DNA of 64,000 nt from Eledone cirrhosa (lineage: Eukaryota). Below the pieces are notes generated by a model that saw only the letters and a program-made list of their open reading frames with translations, made no database searches and had not been told where the DNA came from. The position numbers and the translations under genes were made by a program. Shown here one piece after another: positions 35,201-53,200 of the stretch (position 1 is the stretch's first letter; each line of letters starts with the position of its first letter). The stretch spans positions 258,912,001 through 258,976,000 of the forward strand of contig OZ024743.1 in the NCBI GenBank assembly GCA_964016885.1, written 5' to 3'.

Positions 35201-38200
35201 AATATAGTTTACTATAACACAGTGTACACAACTGGGACTATAATACAGTTTACTATAACGCAGTGTACACAACTGGGACTATAATACAGGTTACTATAAC
35301 ACAGTGTACATAACTGGGACTATAATACAGTTTACTATAACACAGTGTACACAACAGGGACTATAATACAGTTTACTATAACACAGTGTACACAACTGGG
35401 ACTATAATACAGGTTACTATAACACAGTATACACAACTGGGACTATAATACAGTTTACTATAACACAGTGTACACAACTGGGACTATAATACAGGTTACT
35501 ATAACACAGTGTACATAACTGGGACTATAATACAGGTTACTATAACACAGTGTACACAACTGGGACTATAATACAGGTTACTATAACACAGTGTACACAA
35601 CTGGGACTATAATACAGGTTACTATAACACAGTGTACACAACTGAGACTATAATACAGTTTACTATAACACAGTGTACACAACTGGGACTATAATACAGT
35701 TTACTATAACACAGTGTACATAACTGGGACTATAATACAGTTTACTATAACACAGTGTACATAACTGTGACTATAATACAGTTTACTATAACACAGTGTA
35801 CATAACTGGGACTATAATACAGGTTACTATAACACAGTGTACACAACTGGGACTATAATACAGTTTACTATAACACAGTGTACATAACTGGGACTACAAT
35901 ACAGTTTACTATAACACAGTGTACACAACTGGGACTATAATATAGTTTACTATAACACAGTGTACACAACAGGGACTATAATTCAGTTTACTATAACACA
36001 GTGTACAAAACTGGGACTATAATACAGTTTACTATAACACAGTGTACATAACTGGGACTATAATACAGTTTACTGTAACACAGTGTACATAACTGGGACT
36101 ATAATATAGTTTACTATAACACAGTGTACACAACAGGGACTATAATACAGTTTACTATAACACAGTGTACACAACTGGGACTATAATACAGTTTACTATA
36201 ACACAGTGTACATAACTGGGACTATAATACAGGTTAATATAACACAGTGTACACAACTGGGACTATAATATAGTTTACTATAACACAGTGTACACAACTG
36301 GGACTATAATACAGGTTACTATAACACAGTGTACACAACTGGGACTATAATACAGTTTACTATAACACAGTGTACATAACTGTGACTATAAAATAGTTTA
36401 ATATAACACAGTGTACACAACTGGGACTATAATACAGTTTACTATAACACAGTGTACACAACTCGGACTATAATACAGTTTACTATAACACAGTGTACAT
36501 AGCTGGCACTATAATGTAGTTTAATATAACACAGTGTACACAACTGGGACTATAATACAGTTTACTATAACACAGTGTACATAACCAGGACAATAATACA
36601 GGTTACTATAACACAGTGTACATAACTGGGACTATAATAGAGTTTACTATAACACAGTGTACACAACTGGGACTATAATACAGTTTACTATAACACAGTG
36701 TACATAACTGGGACTATAATACAGTTTACTGTAACACAGTGTACATAACTGGGACTATAATCCAGTTTACTATAACACAGTGTACATAACTGGGACTATA
36801 ATACACTTTACTATAACACAGTGTACACAACTGGGACTATAATACAGTTTACTATAACACAGTGTATACAACTGCGACTATAATACAGTTTACTATAACA
36901 CAGTGTACATAACTGTGACTATAATACAGTTTACAATAACACAGTGTACATAACTGGGACTATAATACAGTTTACTATTACACAGTGTACACAACTGGGA
37001 CTATAATACAGGTTACTATAAAAGAGTGTACACAACTGAGACTATAATACAGTTTACTATAACACAGTGTACACAACTGGGATTATAATACAGTTTACTA
37101 TAACACAGTGTACACAATTAGGACTATAATACAGTTTACTATAACACGGTGTACATAACTGGGACTATAATACAGGTTACTATAACACAGTGTACACAAC
37201 TGGGACTATAATACAGTTTACTATAACACAGTGTACACAACTGGGACTATAATACAGTTTACTATAACACAGTGTACACAACTGGGACTATAATACAGTT
37301 TACTATAACACAGTATACGTAACTGGGACTATAATACAGTTTACTATAACGCAATGTACACAACTGGGACTATAATACAGTTTACTATAACACAGTGGAG
37401 ATAACTGGGACTATAATACAGTTTACTATAACACAGTGTACACAACTGGGACTATAATACAGGTTACTATAAAACAGTGTACATAACTGGGACTATAATA
37501 CAGTTTACTATAACACAGTGTACATAACTGGGACTATAATAAAGTTTACTATAACACAGTGGAGATAACTGGGACTATAATACAGTTTACTATAACACAG
37601 TGTACACAACTGGGACTATAATACAGTTTACTATAACACAGTGTACACAACTGGGACTATAATACAGTTTACTATAACACAGTGTACACAACTGGGACTA
37701 TAATACAGTTTACTATAACACAGTATACGTAACTGGGACTATAATACAGTTTACTATAACGCAATGTACACAACTGGGACTATAATACAGTTTACTATAA
37801 CACAGTGTACACAACTGGGAGTATAATACAGGTTACTATAACACAGTGTACACAACTTAGACTATAATACAGTTTACTATAACACAGTTTACACAACTGG
37901 GAGTATAATACAGGTTACTATAACACAGTGTACACAACTTAGACTATAATACAGTTTACTATAATTCAGTGTACACAACTGGGACTATAATACAGTTTAC
38001 TATAACACAGTGTACACAACTGGGACTATAATACAGGTTACTATAACACAGTGTACACAACTGGGACTATAATACAGTTCACTATAACACAGTGTACACA
38101 ACTGGGACTATAATACAGTTTACTATAACACAGTGTACATAACTGGGACTATAATACAGTTTACTATAACACAGTGTACATAACTGGGACTATAATACAG

Positions 38201-41200
38201 TTTACTATAACACAGTGTACACAACTGGGACTATAATACAGGTTACTATAACACAGTGTACACAACTGAGACTATAATACAGTTTACTATAACACAGTGT
38301 ACACAACTGGGACTATAATACAGTTTACTATAACACAGTGTACACAACTGGGACTATAATACAGTTTACTATAACACAGTGTACATAACTGGGACTATAA
38401 TACAGTTTACTATAACGCAATGTACACAACTGGGACTATAATACAGTTTACTATAACACAGTGTACATAACTGGGACTATAATACAGGTTACTATAACAC
38501 AGTGTACATAACTGGGACTATAATACAGTTTACTATAACACTGTGTACATAACTGGGACTATAATACAGTTTACTATAACACAGTGTACACAACTGGGAC
38601 TATAATACAGTTTACTATAACACAGTGTACACAACTGGGACTATAATACAGTTTACTATAACACAGTGTACACAACTGGGACTATAATATGGGTTACTAT
38701 AACACAGTGTACACAACTGAGACTATAATACAGTTTACTATAACACAGTATACATAACTGGGACTATAATACAGGTTACTATAACACAGTGTACACAACT
38801 GGGACTATAATACAGGTTACTATAACACAGTGTACACAACTGAGACTATAATACAGTTTACTATAACACAGTGTACATAACTGGGACTATAATACAGTTT
38901 ACTATAACACAGTGTACACAACTGGGACTATAATATGGGTTACTATAACACAGTGTACACAATTGTAACTATAATACAGTTTACTATAACACAGTGTACA
39001 TAACTGGGACTATAATATATATTACTATAACACAGTGTACACAACAGGGACTATAATACAGTTTACTGTAACACAGTGTACACAACTGGGACTATAATAT
39101 AGTTTAATATAACACAGTGTACACAACTGGGACTATAATACAGTTTACTATAACACAGTGTACACAACTGGGACTATAATACAGTTTACTATAACACAGT
39201 GTACATAACTGGGACTATAATACAGTTTACTATAACACAGTATACATAACTGTGACTATAATACAGTTTACTATAACACAGTGTACATAACTGGGACTAT
39301 AATACAGTTTACTTTTACACAGTGTACACAACTGGGACTATAATACAGGTTACTATAACACAGTGTACACAACTGGGACTATAATACACTTTACTATAAC
39401 ACAGAGTACACAACTGGGACTATAATACAATTTACTATAACACAGAGTACATACCTGGGACTACAATATAGTTTACTATAACACAGTGTACACAACTAGG
39501 ACTATAATACAGTTTACTATAACACAGTGTACATAACTGGGACTATAATACAGTTTACTATAACACAGTGTACATAACTGGGACTATAATACAGTTTACT
39601 ATAACACAGTGTACACAACTGGGACTATAATACAGGTTACTATAACACAGTGTACACAACTGAGACTATAATACAGTTTACTATAACACCGTGTACACAA
39701 CTGGGACTATAATACAGTTTACTATAACGCAGTGTACACAACTGGGACTATAATACAGTTGACTATAACACAGTGTACACAACTGGGACTATAATACAGT
39801 TTACTATAACACAGTGTACATAACTGGGACTATAATACAGTTTACTATAACACAGTGTACACAACTGGGACTATAATACAGTTTACTATAACACAGTGTA
39901 CATAACTGGGACTATAATACAGGTTACTATAACACAGTGTACATAACTGGGACTATAATAAAGTTTACTATAACACAGTGGACATAACTGGGACTATAAT
40001 ACAGTTTACTATAACACAGTGTACATAACTGGGACTATAATACAGTTTACTATAACACAGTGTACACAACTGGGACTATAATACAGTTTACTATAACACA
40101 GTGTACATACTGGGACTATAATACAGTTTACTATAACACAGTGTACACAACTGGGACTATAATACAGTTTACTATAACACAGTGTACACAACTGGGACTA
40201 CAATACAGTTTACTATAACACAGTGTACACAACTGGGACTATAATACAGGTTACTATAACACAGTGTACACAACTGGGTCTATAATACAGGTTACTATAA
40301 CACAGTGTACATAACTGGGACTATAATACAGTTTACTATAACAGAGTGTACACAACTGGGACTATAATACAGTTTACTATAACACAGAGTACATAACTGG
40401 GACTACAATATAGTTTACGATAACACAGTGTACATAACTGGGACTATAATACAGTTTACTATAACACAGTGTACACAACTGGGACTATAATACATGTTAC
40501 TATAACACAGTGTACACAACTGAGACTATAATACAGTTTACTATAACACAGTGTACACAAATGGGACTATAATACAGTTTACTATAACACAGTGTACAGA
40601 ACTGGGACCATAATACAGTTTACTATAACACAGTGTACACAACTGGGACTATAATATAGGTTACTATAACACAGTGTACACAATTGTGACTATAATACAG
40701 TTTACTATAACACAGTGTACATAACTGGGACTATAATACAGTTTACTATAACACAGTGTACATAACTGGGACTATAATACAGTTTACTATAACACAGTGG
40801 AGATAACTGGGACTATAATATAGTTTACTATAACACAGTGTACATGACTGAGACTATAATACAGTTTACTATAACACAGTGTACATAACTGGGACTATAA
40901 TACAGTTTACTATAACACAGTGTACACAACTGGGACTATAATACAGTTTACTATAACACAGTGTACACAACTGGGACTATAATACAGTTTACTATAACAC
41001 AGTGTACACAACTGGGACTATAATACAGTTTACTATAACACAGTGTACATAACTGGGACTATAATACAGTTTAATATAACACAGTGTACACAACTGGGAC
41101 TATAATACAGTTTACTATAACACAGTGTACACAACTGGGACTATAATACAGTTTACTATAACACAGTGTACACAACTGGGACTATAATACAGTTTACTAT

Positions 41201-44200
41201 AACACAGTGTACACAACTGGGACTATAATACAGTTTACTATAACACAGTGTACACAACTGGGACTATAATACAGTTTACTATAACACAGTGTACATAACT
41301 GGGACTATAATATAGTTTACTATAACACAGTGTACATAACTGGGACTATAATACAGGTTACTATAACACAGTGTACATAACTGTGACTATAATACAGTTT
41401 ACTATAACACAGTGTACATAACTGGGACTATAATACAGTTTACTATTACACAGTGTACACAACTGGGACTATAATACAGGTTACTATAACACAGTGTACA
41501 CAACTGAGACTATAATACAGTTTACTATAACACAGTGTACACAACTGGGATTATAATACAGTTTACTATAACACAGTGTACACAATTAGGACTATAATAC
41601 AGTTTACTATAACACGGTGTACATAACTGGGACTATAATACAGGTTACTATAACACAATGTACACAACTGGGACTATAATATAGTTTACTATAACACAGT
41701 ATACACAACTGGGACTATAATACAGTTTACTATAATACAGTGTACACAACTGGGACTATAATACAGTTTACTATAATTCAGTGTACACAACTGGGACTAT
41801 AATACAGTTTACTATAACACAGTGTACACAACTGGGACTATAATACAGGTTACTATAACAGAGTGTACATAACTGGGACTATAATACAGTTTACTATAAC
41901 ACAGTATACATAACTGTGACTATAATACAGTTTACTATAACACAGTGTACATAACTGGGACTATAATAAAGTTTACTATAACACAGTGGACATAACTGGG
42001 ACTATAATACAGTTTACTATAACACAGTGTACATAACTGGGACTATAATACAGTTTACTATAACACAGTGTACACAACTGGGACTATAATACAGTTTACT
42101 TTTACACAGTGTACACAACTGGGACTATAATACAGGTTACTATAACACAGTGTACACAACTGGGACTATAATACACTTTACTATAACACAGTGTACACAA
42201 CTGGGACTATAATACAGTTTACTATAACACAGTGTACATAACTGGGACTATAATACAGTTTACTATAACACAGTGTACATAACTGTGACTATAATACAGT
42301 TTACTATAATTCAGTGTACACAACTGTGACTATAATACAGTTTACTATAACACAGTGTACACAACTGGGACTATAATACAGTTTACTATAACACAGTGTA
42401 CACAACTGGGACTATAATACAGTTTACTATAACACAGTGTACATAACTGTGACTATAAAATAGTTTAATATAACACAGTGTACACAACTGGGACTATAAT
42501 ACAGTTTACTATAACACAGTGTACACAACTCGGACTATAATACAGTTTACTATAACACAGTGTACATAGCTGGCACTATAATGTAGTTTAATATAACACA
42601 GTGTACACAACTGGGACTATAATACAGTTTACTATAACACAGTGTACATAACCAGGACAATAATACAGGTTACTATAACACAGTGTACATAACTGGGACT
42701 ATAATAGAGTTTACTATAACACAGTGTACACAACTGGGACTATAATACAGTTTACTATAACACAGTGTACATAACTGGGACTATAATACAGTTTACTGTA
42801 ACACAGTGTACATAACTGGGACTATAATCCAGTTTACTATAACACAGTGTACATAACTGGGACTATAATACACTTTACTATAACACAGTGTACACAACTG
42901 GGACTATAATACAGTTTACTATAACACAGTGTATACAACTGCGACTATAATACAGTTTACTATAACACAGTGTACATAACTGTGACTATAATACAGTTTA
43001 CAATAACACAGTGTACATAACTGGGACTATAATACAGTTTACTATTACACAGTGTACACAACTGGGACTATAATACAGGTTACTATAAAAGAGTGTACAC
43101 AACTGAGACTATAATACAGTTTACTATAACACAGTGTACACAACTGGGATTATAATACAGTTTACTATAACACAGTGTACACAATTAGGACTATAATACA
43201 GTTTACTATAACACGGTGTACATAACTGGGACTATAATACAGGTTACTATAACACAGTGTACACAACTGGGACTATAATACAGTTTACTATAACACAGTG
43301 TACACAACTGGGACTATAATACAGTTTACTATAACACAGTGTACACAACTGGGACTATAATACAGTTTACTATAACACAGTATACGTAACTGGGACTATA
43401 ATACAGTTTACTATAACGCAATGTACACAACTGGGACTATAATACAGTTTACTATAACACAGTGGAGATAACTGGGACTATAATACAGTTTACTATAACA
43501 CAGTGTACACAACTGGGACTATAATACAGGTTACTATAAAACAGTGTACATAACTGGGACTATAATACAGTTTACTATAACACAGTGTACATAACTGGGA
43601 CTATAATAAAGTTTACTATAACACAGTGGAGATAACTGGGACTATAATACAGTTTACTATAACACAGTGTACACAACTGGGACTATAATACAGTTTACTA
43701 TAACACAGTGTACACAACTGGGACTATAATACAGTTTACTATAACACAGTGTACACAACTGGGACTATAATACAGTTTACTATAACACAGTATACGTAAC
43801 TGGGACTATAATACAGTTTACTATAACGCAATGTACACAACTGGGACTATAATACAGTTTACTATAACACAGTGTACACAACTGGGAGTATAATACAGGT
43901 TACTATAACACAGTGTACACAACTTAGACTATAATACAGTTTACTATAACACAGTTTACACAACTGGGAGTATAATACAGGTTACTATAACACAGTGTAC
44001 ACAACTTAGACTATAATACAGTTTACTATAATTCAGTGTACACAACTGGGACTATAATACAGTTTACTATAACACAGTGTACACAACTGGGACTATAATA
44101 CAGGTTACTATAACACAGTGTACACAACTGGGACTATAATACAGTTCACTATAACACAGTGTACACAACTGGGACTATAATACAGTTTACTATAACACAG

Positions 44201-47200
44201 TGTACATAACTGGGACTATAATACAGTTTACTATAACACAGTGTACATAACTGGGACTATAATACAGTTTACTATAACACAGTGTACACAACTGGGACTA
44301 TAATACAGGTTACTATAACACAGTGTACACAACTGAGACTATAATACAGTTTACTATAACACAGTGTACACAACTGGGACTATAATACAGTTTACTATAA
44401 CACAGTGTACACAACTGGGACTATAATACAGTTTACTATAACACAGTGTACATAACTGGGACTATAATACAGTTTACTATAACGCAATGTACACAACTGG
44501 GACTATAATACAGTTTACTATAACACAGTGTACATAACTGGGACTATAATACAGGTTACTATAACACAGTGTACATAACTGGGACTATAATACAGTTTAC
44601 TATAACACTGTGTACATAACTGGGACTATAATACAGTTTACTATAACACAGTGTACACAACTGGGACTATAATACAGTTTACTATAACACAGTGTACACA
44701 ACTGGGACTATAATACAGTTTACTATAACACAGTGTACACAACTGGGACTATAATATGGGTTACTATAACACAGTGTACACAACTGAGACTATAATACAG
44801 TTTACTATAACACAGTATACATAACTGGGACTATAATACAGGTTACTATAACACAGTGTACACAACTGGGACTATAATACAGGTTACTATAACACAGTGT
44901 ACACAACTGAGACTATAATACAGTTCACTATAACACAGTGTACATAACTGGGACTATAATACAGTTTACTATAACACAGTGTACACAACTGGGACTATAA
45001 TATGGGTTACTATAACACAGTGTACACAATTGTAACTATAATACAGTTTACTATAACACAGTGTACATAACTGGGACTATAATATATATTACTATAACAC
45101 AGTGTACACAACAGGGACTATAATACAGTTTACTGTAACACAGTGTACACAACTGGGACTATAATATAGTTTAATATAACACAGTGTACACAACTGGGAC
45201 TATAATACAGTTTACTATAACACAGTGTACACAACTGGGACTATAATACAGTTTACTATAACACAGTGTACATAACTGGGACTATAATACAGTTTACTAT
45301 AACACAGTATACATAACTGTGACTATAATACAGTTTACTATAACACAGTGTACATAACTGGGACTATAATACAGTTTACTTTTACACAGTGTACACAACT
45401 GGGACTATAATACAGGTTACTATAACACAGTGTACACAACTGGGACTATAATACACTTTACTATAACACAGAGTACACAACTGGGACTATAATACAATTT
45501 ACTATAACACAGAGTACATACCTGGGACTACAATATAGTTTACTATAACACAGTGTACACAACTGGGACTATAATACAGTTTACTATAACACAGTGTACA
45601 TAACTGGGACTATAATACAGTTTACTATAACACAGTGTACATAACTGGGACTATAATACAGTTTACTATAACACAGTGTACACAACTGGGACTATAATAC
45701 AGGTTACTATAACACAGTGTACACAACTGAGACTATAATACAGTTTACTATAACACCGTGTACACAACTGGGACTATAATACAGTTTACTATAACGCAGT
45801 GTACACAACTGGGACTATAATACAGTTGACTATAACACAGTGTACACAACTGGGACTATAATACAGTTTACTATAACACAGTGTACATAACTGGGACTAT
45901 AATACAGTTTACTATAACACAGTGTACACAACTGGGACTATAATACAGTTTACTATAACACAGTGTACATAACTGGGACTATAATACAGGTTACTATAAC
46001 ACAGTGTACATAACTGGGACTATAATAAAGTTTACTATAACACAGTGGACATAACTGGGACTATAATACAGTTTACTATAACACAGTGTACATAACTGGG
46101 ACTATAATACAGTTTACTATAACACAGTGTACACAACTGGGACTATAATACAGTTTACTATAACACAGTGTACATACTGGGACTATAATACAGTTTACTA
46201 TAACACAGTGTACACAACTGGGACTATAATACAGTTTACTATAACACAGTGTACACAACTGGGACTACAATACAGTTTACTATAACACAGTGTACACAAC
46301 TGGGACTATAATACAGGTTACTATAACACAGTGTACACAACTGGGTCTATAATACAGGTTACTATAACACAGTGTACATAACTGGGACTATAATACAGTT
46401 TACTATAACAGAGTGTACACAACTGGGACTATAATACAGTTTACTATAACACAGAGTACATAACTGGGACTACAATATAGTTTACGATAACACAGTGTAC
46501 ATAACTGGGACTATAATACAGTTTACTATAACACAGTGTACACAACTGGGACTATAATACATGTTACTATAACACAGTGTACACAACTGAGACTATAATA
46601 CAGTTTACTATAACACAGTGTACACAAATGGGACTATAATACAGTTTACTATAACACAGTGTACAGAACTGGGACCATAATACAGTTTACTATAACACAG
46701 TGTACACAACTGGGACTATAATATAGGTTACTATAACACAGTGTACACAATTGTGACTATAATACAGTTTACTATAACACAGTGTACATAACTGGGACTA
46801 TAATACAGTTTACTATAACACAGTGTACATAACTGGGACTATAATACAGTTTACTATAACACAGTGGAGATAACTGGGACTATAATATAGTTTACTATAA
46901 CACAGTGTACATAACTGAGACTATAATACAGTTTACTATAACACAGTGTACATAACTGGGACTATAATACAGTTTACTATAACACAGTGTACACAACTGG
47001 GACTATAATACAGTTTACTATAACACAGTGTACACAACTGGGACTATAATACAGTTTACTATAACACAGTGTACACAACTGGGACTATAATACAGTTTAC
47101 TATAACACAGTGTACATAACTGGGACTATAATACAGTTTAATATAACACAGTGTACACAACTGGGACTATAATACAGTTTACTATAACACAGTGTACACA

Positions 47201-50200
47201 ACTGGGACTATAATACAGTTTACTATAACACAGTGTACACAACTGGGACTATAATACAGTTTACTATAACACAGTGTACACAACTGGGACTATAATACAG
47301 TTTACTATAACACAGTGTACACAACTGGGACTATAATACAGTTTACTATAACACAGTGTACATAACTGGGACTATAATATAGTTTACTATAACACAGTGT
47401 ACATAACTGGGACTATAATACAGGTTACTATAACACAGTGTACATAACTGTGACTATAATACAGTTTACTATAACACAGTGTACATAACTGGGACTATAA
47501 TACAGTTTACTATTACACAGTGTACACAACTGGGACTATAATACAGGTTACTATAACACAGTGTACACAACTGAGACTATAATACAGTTTACTATAACAC
47601 AGTGTACACAACTGGGATTATAATACAGTTTACTATAACACAGTGTACACAATTAGGACTATAATACAGTTTACTATAACACGGTGTACATAACTGGGAC
47701 TATAATACAGGTTACTATAACACAATGTACACAACTGGGACTATAATATAGTTTACTATAACACAGTATACACAACTGGGACTATAATACAGTTTACTAT
47801 AATACAGTGTACACAACTGGGACTATAATACAGTTTACTATAATTCAGTGTACACAACTGGGACTATAATACAGTTTACTATAACACAGTGTACACAACT
47901 GGGACTATAATACAGGTTACTATAACAGAGTGTACATAACTGGGACTATAATACAGTTTACTATAACACAGTATACATAACTGTGACTATAATACAGTTT
48001 ACTATAACACAGTGTACATAACTGGGACTATAATAAAGTTTACTATAACACAGTGGACATAACTGGGACTATAATACAGTTTACTATAACACAGTGTACA
48101 TAACTGGGACTATAATACAGTTTACTATAACACAGTGTACACAACTGGGACTATAATACAGTTTACTTTTACACAGTGTACACAACTGGGACTATAATAC
48201 AGGTTACTATAACACAGTGTACACAACTGGGACTATAATACACTTTACTATAACACAGTGTACACAACTGGGACTATAATACAGTTTACTATAACACAGT
48301 GTACATAACTGGGACTATAATACAGTTTACTATAACACAGTGTACATAACTGTGACTATAATACAGTTTACTATAATTCAGTGTACACAACTGTGACTAT
48401 AATACAGTTTACTATAACACAGTGTACACAACTGGGACTATAATACAGTTTACTATAACACAGTGTACACAACTGGGACTATAATACAGTTTACTATAAC
48501 ACAGTGTACATAACTGGGACTATAATACAGTTTACTATAACACAGTGTACATAACTGGGACTATAATACAGTTTACTATAACACAGTGTACATAACTGGG
48601 ACTATAATACAGTTTACTATAACACAGTGTACATAACTGGGACTATAATACAGTTTACTTTTACACAGTGTACACAACTGGGACTATAATACAGGTTACT
48701 ATAACACAGTGTACACAACTGGGACTATAATACACTTTACTATAACACAGTGTATACAACTGGGACTATAATACAATTTACTATAACACAGAGTACATAA
48801 CTGCGACTACAATATAGTTTACTATAACACAGTGTACACAACTGGGACTATAATACAGTTTACTATAACACAGTGTACATAACTGGGACTATAATACAGT
48901 TTACTATAACACAGTGTACATAACTGGGACTATAATACAGTTTACTATAACACAGTGTACACAACTGGGACTATAATACAGGTTACTATAACACAGTGTA
49001 CACAACTGTGACTATAATACAGTTTACTATAACACCGTGTACACAACTGGGACTATAATACAGGTTACTATAACACAGTGTACATAACTGGGACTATAAT
49101 AAAGTTTACTATAACACAGTGTACACAACTGGGACTATAATACAGTTTACTATAACACAGTGTACACAATTAGGACTATAATACGGTTTACTATAACACG
49201 GTGTACATAACTGGGACTATAATACAGTTTACTATAACACAGTGTACATAACTGGGACTATAATACAGTTTACTATAACACAGTGTACATAACTGGGACT
49301 ATAATACAGTTTACTATAACACAGTGTACACAACTGGGACTATAATACAGTTTACTATAACACAGTGTACATAACTGGGACTATAATACAGTTTACTATA
49401 ACACAGTGTACACAACTGGGACTATAATACAATTTACTATAACACAGTGTACATAACTGGGACTATAATACAGTTTACTATAACACAGTGTACATAACTG
49501 GGACTATAATACAGTTTACTATAACACAGTGTACATAACTGGGACTATAATACAGTTTACTATAACACAGTGTACACAACTGGGACTATAATACAGTTTA
49601 CTATAACACAGTGTACATAACTGGGACTATAATACAGTTTACTATAACACAGTGTACATAACTGGGACTATAATACAGTTTACTATAACACAGTGTACAC
49701 AACTGGGACTATAATACAGTTTACTATAACACAGTGTACACAATTAGGACTATAATACGGTTTACTATAACACGGTGTACATAACTGGGACTATAATACA
49801 GTTTACTATAACACAGAGTACATAACTGGGACTACAATATAGTTTACGATAACACAGTGTACATAACTGGGACTATAATACAGTTTACTATAACACAGTG
49901 TACATAACTGGGACTATAATACATGTTACTATAAAACAGTGTACACAACTGAGACTATAATACAGTTTACTATAACACAGTGTACACAAATGGGACTATA
50001 ATACAGTTTACTATAACACAGTGTACACAACTGGGACCATAATACAGTTTACTATAACACAGTGTACACAACTGGGACTATAATATAGGTTACTATAACA
50101 CAGTGTACACAATTGTGACTATAATACAGTTTACTATAACACAGTGTACATAACTGGGACTATAATACAGTTTACTATAACACAGTGTACATAACTGGGA

Positions 50201-53200
50201 CTATAATACAGTTAACTATAACACAGTGGAGATAACTGGGACTATAATATAGTTTACTATAACACAGTGTACATAACTGAGACTATAATACAGTTTACTA
50301 TAACACAGTGTACATAACTGGGACTATAATACAGTTTACTATAACACAGTGTACACAACTGGGACTATAATACAATTTACTATAACACAGTGTACACAAC
50401 TGGGACTATAATACAGTTTACTATAACACAGTGTACACAACTGGGACTATAATACAGTTTACTATAACACAGTGTACATAACTGGGACTATAATACAGTT
50501 TACTATAACACAGTGTACACAACTGGGACTATAATACAGTTTACTATAACACAGTGTACACAACTGGGACTATAATACAGTTTACTATAACACAGTGTAC
50601 ACAACTGGGACTATAATACAGTTTACTATAACACAGTGTACACAACTGGGACTATAATACAGTTTACTATAACACAGTGTACACAACTGGGACTATAATA
50701 CAGTTTACTATAACACAGTGTACATAACTGGGACTATAATACAGGTTACTATAACACAGTGTACATAACTGGGACTATAATAAAGTTTACTATAACACAG
50801 TGTACACAACTGGGACTATAATATAGTTTACTATAAATAACACACTGTACACAACTGGGACTATAATATAGGTTACTATAACACAGTGTACACAATTGTG
50901 TCTATAATACAGTTTACTATAACACAGTTTACACAACTGGGACTATAATACAGTTTACTATAACACAGTGTACATAACTGGGACTATAATATAGTTTACT
51001 ATAACACAGTGTACACAACTGGGACTATAATACAGTTTACTATAACACAGTGTACACAACTGGGACTATAATACAGTTTACTATAACACAGTGTACACAA
51101 CTGGCACTATAATACAGTTTACTATAACATAGTGTACATAACTGGGACTATAATAAATTTTACTATAACACAGTGTACACAACTTGGACTATAATACAGT
51201 TTACTATAACACAGTGTACATAACTGGGACTATAATACAGTTTACTATAACACAGTGTACATAACTCGGACTACAATACAGGTTACTATAACACAGTGTA
51301 CATAACTGGGCCTATAATACAGTTTACTATAACACAGTGTACACAACTGCGACTATAATACAGTTTACTATAACACAGTGTACATAGCTGGGACTATAAT
51401 ACAGTTTACTATAACACAGTGTACATAACTGGGACTATAATACAGTTTACTATAACACAGTGTACACAACTGGGACTATAATACAGTTTACTATAACACA
51501 GTGTACACAACTGGGACTATAATATAGTTTACTATAACACAGTGTACACAACTGGGACTATAATACAGTTTACTATAACACAGTGTACACAACTGGGACT
51601 ATAATACAAGTTTACTATAACACAATGTACACAACTGGGACTATAATATAGTTTACTATAACACAGTGTACACAACTGGGACTATAATACAGTTTACTAT
51701 AACACAGTGTACACAACTGGGACTATAATACAGGTTTACTATAACACAATGTACACAACTGGGACTATAATATAGTTTACTATAAATAACACACTGTACA
51801 CAACTGGGACTATAATATAGGTTACTATAACACAGTGTACACAAGTGTGTCTATAATACAGTTTACTGTAACACAGTGTACATAACTGGGACTATAATAC
51901 AGTTTACTATAACACAGTGTACACAACTGGGACTATAATACAGGTTACTATAACACAGTGTACATAGCTGGGACTACAATACAGGTTACTATAACACAGT
52001 GTACATAATTGGGACTATAATACAGTTTACTATAACACAGTGTACACAATTGGGACTATAATACAGTTTACTATAACACAGTGTACACAACTGGGACTAT
52101 AATACAGTTTACTGTAACACAGTGTACATAACTGGGACTATAATCCAGTTTACTATAACACAGTGTACACAACTGGGACTATAATACAGGTTACTGTAAC
52201 ACAGTGTACATAACTGGGACTATAATATAGTTTAATATAACACAGTGTACACAACTGGGACTATAATACAGGTTACTATAACACAGTGTACACAACTGGG
52301 ACTATAATACAGGTTTACATTAACACAGTGTACACAACTGGGACTATAATATAGTTTAATATAACACAGTGTACACAACTGGGACTATAATACAGTTTAC
52401 TATAACACAGTGTACACAACTGGGACTATAATACAGTTTACTATAACACAGTGTACACAACTGGGACTATAATATAGTTTAATATAACACAGTGTACATA
52501 CCTGGGACTATAATCCAGTTTACTATAACACAGTGTACATAACTGTGACTATAATACAGTTTACTATAACACAGTGTACATAACTGGGACTATAATATAG
52601 TTTAATATAACACAGTGTACACAACTGGGACTATAATACAGTTTACTATAACACAGTGTACACAACTGCGACTATAATATAGTTTACTATAAGACAGTGT
52701 ACACAACTGGGACTATAATACAGTTTACTATAACACAGTGTACACAACTGGGACTATAATACAGTTTACTATAACACAGTGTACATACCTGGGACTATAA
52801 TCCAGTTTACTATAACACAGTGTACATAACTGTGACTATAATACAGTTTACTATAACACAGTGTACATAACTGGGACTATAATATAATTTAATATAACAC
52901 AGTGTACACAACTGGGACTATAATACAGTTTACTATAACACAGTGTACACAACTGGGACTATAATACAGTTTACTATAACACAGTGTACACAACTGGGAC
53001 TATAATACAGTTTACTATAACACAGTGTACACAACTGGGACTATAATACAGTTTACTATAACACAGTGTACATAACTGGGACTATAATACAGTTTAATAT
53101 AACACAGTGTACAGAACTGGGACTATAATACAGTTTACTATAACACAGTGTACACAACTGGGACTATAATACAGTTTACTATAACACAGTGTACACAACT

